The position numbers were made by a program, and so were the translations under genes. The notes beneath the pieces were generated by a model that saw only the letters and a list, made by a program, of their open reading frames with translations, had not been told where the DNA came from and did no database searches. Source: Candidatus Bathyarchaeota archaeon (GTDB lineage: Archaea > Thermoproteota > Bathyarchaeia > Bathyarchaeales > Bathycorpusculaceae). Taken from it: a DNA stretch of 64,000 bases. Location of the stretch: assembly GCA_963782525.1 (NCBI GenBank), contig CAWAKC010000001.1, forward strand, positions 288,001 through 352,000, written 5' to 3'. Below, piece by piece: positions 59,352 through 64,000 of the stretch; the stretch's first letter is position 1, and every line of letters begins with the position of its first letter.

Positions 59352-60578
59352 TTAAGAAAAGTTAGGTTTTCTTTGCCTTGGTTTTTTGCTCGCCTTCTTG
59401 AGCGAGTTGTACATTCTTGTCTGCAAACCCCAGAGTTCGATGAAGCCTTTGCTGTAGGATTGGTTGAAGCTGGTTTTGATGTTGTAGTTAGCGAGGTTCT
59501 TGTCGTATAGCGAATTTGGGGAACTGCGTCCGATGACTAAGAGACCGCCTTTGTAGAGTTTCAGTTTTACCTCTCCTGTGACGTTTTCTTGTGAGTGGTT
59601 GATGTAGGCGTCTAAGTCGTCTTTTAAGGGGTCAACCCATAGCCCTGCGTATGCAAGGAATACCCATTGGGAGTCGATTTGCTGTTTGAAGAGGACTTGG
59701 TGACGGGTCATGACCATTTTTTCGAGGTCTTTGTGGGCTTCCAAGATGACGGTGGCTGCGGGGCACTCGTAGACTTCGCGTGATTTCAACCCTACGATGC
59801 GGTCCTCGATGTGATCTATGCGGCCTACACCGTTTCGGCCAGCAATATTGTTAACTTCCTCTATGAGCGCAAGAGGAGCCATTTGTTTACCGTTAACCGC
59901 AACTGGCACACCAGCCTCAAAGGTGATGGTTACGATTTCTGGTTTATCAGGCGCCTTTTCCGGGGCAACAGTCCATTCGTAAGCGTCGTCTGGCGGCGCC
60001 TGACTGGCATCTTCAAGCAATCCACATTCGATGGCTCGCCCCCAAACGCTTGAGTCTATGCTGTATTTTTTAGCCGAGTCCGAGACGGGGATGCCTTTGG
60101 TTTTGGCATAAGCAATTTCTTCCTCGCGCGTTAAGCCCCATTCACGAACTGGAGCTATGATTTGTTTTTCTGGTGCTAGGGCGCCTAAGGTTATGTCAAA
60201 ACGAACTTGATCGTTCCCTCTGCCCGTGCAACCGTGAACTAAACCGGTGGCGCCTTCTTTTTCGGCGATTTCAACCATTTTCTTGGCGATTAAGGGTCGG
60301 GAGAGGCTTGTGCTGATGGGGTATTTGCCTTCGTAGAGGGCGTTTGCTTTTATGGCTGGGAAAATGTAGTCTTTGACGAATTCTTCTTTGGCGTCTATTG
60401 AAAAGTGTTTGATGGCGCCGAGTTTTTTGGCTTTTTCCTCAGCTGCTTTGAGGTCTTCGCCTTGACCAACGTCTACGGTTACTGTAATGACTTGTGCTTG
60501 ACATTTTTCTTGGAGGTACTTGATTAACACGGATGTGTCTAATCCGCCTGAATAAGCTAATACAAATTTATCGGCTAT
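59352..60578 (-). CDS. argG: Argininosuccinate synthase
   Basis: ADKFVLAYSGGLDTS lies upstream of the called GTG; HGCTGRGNDQVRF; KSREVYE. Only ATA 60578 fits as the start. Confidence 0.95.
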   Translation of the reverse strand: MADKFVLAYSGGLDTSVLIKYLQEKCQAQVITVTVDVGQGEDLKAAEEKAKKLGAIKHFSIDAKEEFVKDYIFPAIKANALYEGKYPISTSLSRPLIAKKMVEIAEKEGATGLVHGCTGRGNDQVRFDITLGALAPEKQIIAPVREWGLTREEEIAYAKTKGIPVSDSAKKYSIDSSVWGRAIECGLLEDASQAPPDDAYEWTVAPEKAPDKPEIVTITFEAGVPVAVNGKQMAPLALIEEVNNIAGRNGVGRIDHIEDRIVGLKSREVYECPAATVILEAHKDLEKMVMTRHQVLFKQQIDSQWVFLAYAGLWVDPLKDDLDAYINHSQENVTGEVKLKLYKGGLLVIGRSSPNSLYDKNLANYNIKTSFNQSYSKGFIELWGLQTRMYNSLKKASKKPRQRKPNFS

Positions 60579-60675
60579 GTGTTTGATCCCCCATTTTTTA
60601 TTTTAAATTGTTTCCCTAACCTTAAGCGCTGTATTTTTAAACCTTGCGACTTTTTTGTTACTTAACAAGCTTTAA

Positions 60676-61284
60676 ATGTCCCATTTGATACATTCAGAGA
60701 ACACTATGACAGTAGCTCAAAACGTGAGAAGCCACCTGCGAAACAAACCCTACCTACTTGAAGCTCTAGAGAAAGGCATAGTCAACCTAAGCGAGCTCTC
60801 ACGGCAAATCCAAAAAGAACTCAAAACCGACGACACAAGCGCCATCAAAGCTGCCCTACGCCGCTACTCTGAGGAACTTCAAAAGCACAAGCAGAAAAGA
60901 GAAGAAAAAGTGCTAGCACTCCTCAAACGCAGCAACATAGCCGTCTATGACCGCAAATCAGTTATGATAACGGGCAAAGAATTGCCCTCCCAAACGGGCA
61001 TGAAAGTAGATTTACTTGGTAAATTCGTCTACTTACTCGACAAAGCAGATATGCCCGAAAGAATATCAACCCTCGTCAAGCACGACAACTGCACTATGAT
61101 TGTAGTTCACTCACCAGAAGAACTCGAAGCCACTCCGGGAGTTGTCGCTTTTCTTGCCACCTTGCTGGCAGAACAAAACGTGAACATCGTTGAGTTCATT
61201 TCGTGCTGGACAGAAACAATCATGGTAGTTGAAAAGAAGGACAGCCTCAAAACCTACGAAGTTCTATCGAACTTAGTAGGTTAA
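60676..61284 (+). CDS. ACT-domain regulatory protein
   Basis: GIVNLSELSR N-terminal HTH-like region; TPGVVA..NVNIVEFISCWTE ACT domain. Confidence 0.8.
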   Translation: MSHLIHSENTMTVAQNVRSHLRNKPYLLEALEKGIVNLSELSRQIQKELKTDDTSAIKAALRRYSEELQKHKQKREEKVLALLKRSNIAVYDRKSVMITGKELPSQTGMKVDLLGKFVYLLDKADMPERISTLVKHDNCTMIVVHSPEELEATPGVVAFLATLLAEQNVNIVEFISCWTETIMVVEKKDSLKTYEVLSNLVG

Positions 61285-61350
61285 TCAGAAATTCCTGAGC
61301 AGATAAATTAATAATGTAACAGTCAGTATTCCGTGTTAAACTGAAAGTAC

Positions 61351-62619
61351 TTGCTAATTGGAGAAGCAAAGATGACGCATCAAGAATGCATAAACTGCAA
61401 AACAACATACGATATAGATGATATTGTTTACTTCTGCAAGAAATGCGGAGATATTTTGGAGATAAAGTATGACTTCAGAGAGCTAGCCGAAACACTCAAA
61501 GAAAGCGGGTGGATGAGCAAGCCCCTTTCGGTTTGGCGTTATCGCGACTTCATGCCAATTCACGAAACTACCAAAGTCGTCACTTTAAATGAAGGCGGCA
61601 CAGGACTGCACCGATCGGAACGTTTAGGCACAGAGTTAGGACTTAAAAACCTCTACGTTAAAAACGAAGGCGAAAACCCCACAGGCAGCTTCAAAGATAG
61701 AGGCATGACCGTCGGCGTAACCAAAGCCGTTGAACTCGGCGCAAGACACGTCATCTGCGCATCAACTGGAAACACCTCGGCAAGCCTAGCCGCCTACGCA
61801 GCGCGCGCAGGAATACGATGCACGGTCCTGATTCCTTCAGGCAAAATTGCATATGGCAAACTCTCTCAAGCTATGATTCACGGCGCCAAAGTGCTCCAAG
61901 TGAAGGGAAACTTTGATGAAGCCTTAGACTTTGTGCTCAAACTTGCCGAGAAGCACAAGAGTATTTACCTTTTGAATTCGATTAACCCGTTCCGCATTGA
62001 AGGACAAAAATCGCTCGGCTATGAAATCTGCGAGCAACTAAACAACGACGCACCAAACCGAATCATTGTGCCAGTTGGCAACGCCGGAAACATAAGCGCT
62101 ATATGGAAAGGACTAAGCGAATTCTATCAACTTGGCTACATTAAAGAACTGCCCAAAATGACGGGCATACAAGCTGCAGGTTCCGCTCCAATTGCACAGA
62201 TGATTAAAACTAACAGCGATAAAATCATCCCTGTTACAAACCCAGAAACAGTGGCAACAGCCATCCGTATCGGTGCACCAGTAAGCTGGAAGAAAGCCGT
62301 CAACGCGATCCGCGAATCCCAAGGAACCGCTGAAACAGTTACAGATGAGGAGATTTTGGATGCTCAAAAAATCCTTGCCAGGATCGAAGGCATCTTTGTG
62401 GAGCCTGCAAGTGCCTCATCCATCGCTGGTTTAAAGAAACTGGTCAAGAGCGGCGTCATCAGTAAGGATGAACTGGTTGTCTGTGTTACCACCGGGCATG
62501 GACTTAAGGACCCAGACACAGCGGTCAAGATGAGTGAGAAACCAATTGAAGTTGACGCTGACATCTCAGCCATCGAAAACGCATTAGGATTAAAGAAACA
62601 GCCTATTCTTGCAAGGTGA
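61351..62619 (+). CDS. thrC: Threonine synthase
   Basis: NPTGSFKDRG PLP lysine, ASTGNTS, PVGNAGN, TGHGLKD; likely ATG at 61372. Confidence 0.95.
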   Translation: MLIGEAKMTHQECINCKTTYDIDDIVYFCKKCGDILEIKYDFRELAETLKESGWMSKPLSVWRYRDFMPIHETTKVVTLNEGGTGLHRSERLGTELGLKNLYVKNEGENPTGSFKDRGMTVGVTKAVELGARHVICASTGNTSASLAAYAARAGIRCTVLIPSGKIAYGKLSQAMIHGAKVLQVKGNFDEALDFVLKLAEKHKSIYLLNSINPFRIEGQKSLGYEICEQLNNDAPNRIIVPVGNAGNISAIWKGLSEFYQLGYIKELPKMTGIQAAGSAPIAQMIKTNSDKIIPVTNPETVATAIRIGAPVSWKKAVNAIRESQGTAETVTDEEILDAQKILARIEGIFVEPASASSIAGLKKLVKSGVISKDELVVCVTTGHGLKDPDTAVKMSEKPIEVDADISAIENALGLKKQPILAR

Positions 62620-62624
62620 TATGA

Positions 62625-63669
62625 TTGAGGATTATTTTAGTTGGATATGGTGTAGTCGGGAAAGGCGTAACTACCATTCTTGCGCGTAGATACACTGAAA
62701 AAGTTAAGGATTCTGGGTTTAATCCAAAAATCGTTGCAATTGCCGACATAGACGGTGCAGTCATTAACCCAAGAGGCTTAAGCCCCGAAAAACTCGAAAC
62801 AATAAAACAGCGCGGCTATCCTATATCCGCTGACCCAGAGTTTGGGCGCCCAGGATTACCAGCGATGGAAGTTATTGAATCGGTTGAAGCAGAAGTAGTC
62901 GTTGAAGTCACGCCTGTTAACATCAAGAACGCTGAACCTGCAATATCCCACATCACAAAAGCCTTCAAAACAGGAAAACATGTGGTGACAACTAACAAGG
63001 GACCCTTAGCCTTAGCCATGCCAGCCCTTACCGAACTTGCCGAATACAATAATGTTTACTTGCGGTTCAGCGGCACAGTCGGTGGTGGAACACCCATGCT
63101 TGAATTCGCCAAAAGATGTCTCGCAGGTGACAAAATCTTAGCCATCCGCGGAATCCTGAACGGTACAACTAACTATATCCTAACTGAAATGTCCCAGAAC
63201 CGCGTGTCATTCCAAGATGCTCTTGCAAACGCGCAGAAGCTTGGTTACGCCGAGCGGGAACCATCCATGGACATTGACGGATTCGATAGCGCATGCAAAG
63301 TAGTTATCTTAGCGAACTGGATCCTCAACAAGAAAATTACTCTAAAAGACATTGACCGTAAAGGCATCCGCGATGTATCCCTGCAAGCGCTTGATGAAGC
63401 TGCCAAAAGAGGCAACACCATCAAACTCATCGGCTCCATAGAAGGCGACAAAGCAACTGTGAAACCTACGGAAATCCCCAAAAACAACCCATTATGTGTC
63501 AGTGGAGTCCTAAATGCAATAACCTTCTCAACCGAATTCGCAGGTGAACAAACCCTAGTCGGGAAAGGAGCAGGCGGAATCGAGACTGCCTAGTGCAGTT
63601 TTAAGGGACCTCTTAGACATAAGACATAAGTTAGCAAATCGAATGCTAAATAGTAACTCGGAGACCTAA
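62625..63669 (+). CDS. hom: Homoserine dehydrogenase (one extra base near 63589 creates a premature TAG)
   Basis: GYGVVG, VVTTNKG, GILNGTTN. The conserved ETA-SAVLRDL end continues in the +1 frame to TAA 63669. Confidence 0.9.
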
Positions 63670-63671
63670 AA

Positions 63672-64000
63672 ATGAAGTTAGTAATGAAGTTCGGCGGCAC
63701 CAGCGTTGGCACAGGCGAAAACATACGCCACGTTGCAGGTTTAGTCACCAAATATGCCAAGAAGGATTATAGCGTAGCTGTGGTTGTTTCGGCTTTGGCA
63801 GGTGTTACAAACAGCCTCTTTGAAGTTGCTTGCCAAGCCAAAAAAAGCAATGAAAAAGACATCCAAGCTTTCACCAAAGAACTGCGAAAAAAGCATACAG
63901 ACGCCATTTCAACCGCCATAACAAGCAAACAAATCCAAAAAGAAGTTACTCAAATAACCGATAAAACTATCGAGGAACTCGAAAAAGTTTTAACTGGCAT
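63672..64000 (+). CDS. lysC: Aspartate kinase (partial, runs off the window)
   Basis: MKLVMKFGGTSVG..VVVSALAGVTN. Confidence 0.92.
   Translation, partial: MKLVMKFGGTSVGTGENIRHVAGLVTKYAKKDYSVAVVVSALAGVTNSLFEVACQAKKSNEKDIQAFTKELRKKHTDAISTAITSKQIQKEVTQITDKTIEELEKVLTG

Noticed and set aside
63586-63600. In-frame TAG in hom as pyrrolysine or readthrough
   Set aside because: The conserved SAVLRDL continuation is in the +1 frame, so this is a one-base insertion (GCCT for GCT), most likely a sequencing error.

Overview
Archaeal chromosomal window, most likely Bathyarchaeia. This is inferred from aIF2-alpha, aRF1, form III RuBisCO, Ftr, intron-less CCA-encoding tRNAs and paralogous PQQ-like surface proteins. 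The left part carries a fluoride riboswitch-crcB locus, a rubredoxin-TPP enzyme, TrxR, a (ferredoxin-MvhD)x2 + NfnAB operon, the full AMP phosphorylase/R15P isomerase/RuBisCO set and a protein glycosylation cluster. The right part is housekeeping: aIF2-alpha, pyrF, ftr, aRF1, homocysteine synthesis, carAB, argGH, thrC-hom-ask. The centre (about 26.1-36.5 kb) is an accessory hotspot around divergent tRNA-Thr(GGU) and tRNA-Leu(UAG) genes. Downstream of tRNA-Leu, four degenerate copies of its 3' end divide the DNA into four integrase-free cassettes of one or two genes each. Three copies clearly share a non-tRNA flank that reads antisense as GFxP..GD(I/V)(A/S), like the junction of a split SSV1-type integrase. 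Other notable points: a TM-Mrr-like-TIR fusion, a TIR-Zn ribbon gene with TGA at a Cys position, and several conserved genes that appear to need ATA/ACG starts. Frameshifts at both window ends suggest some indel sequencing error.
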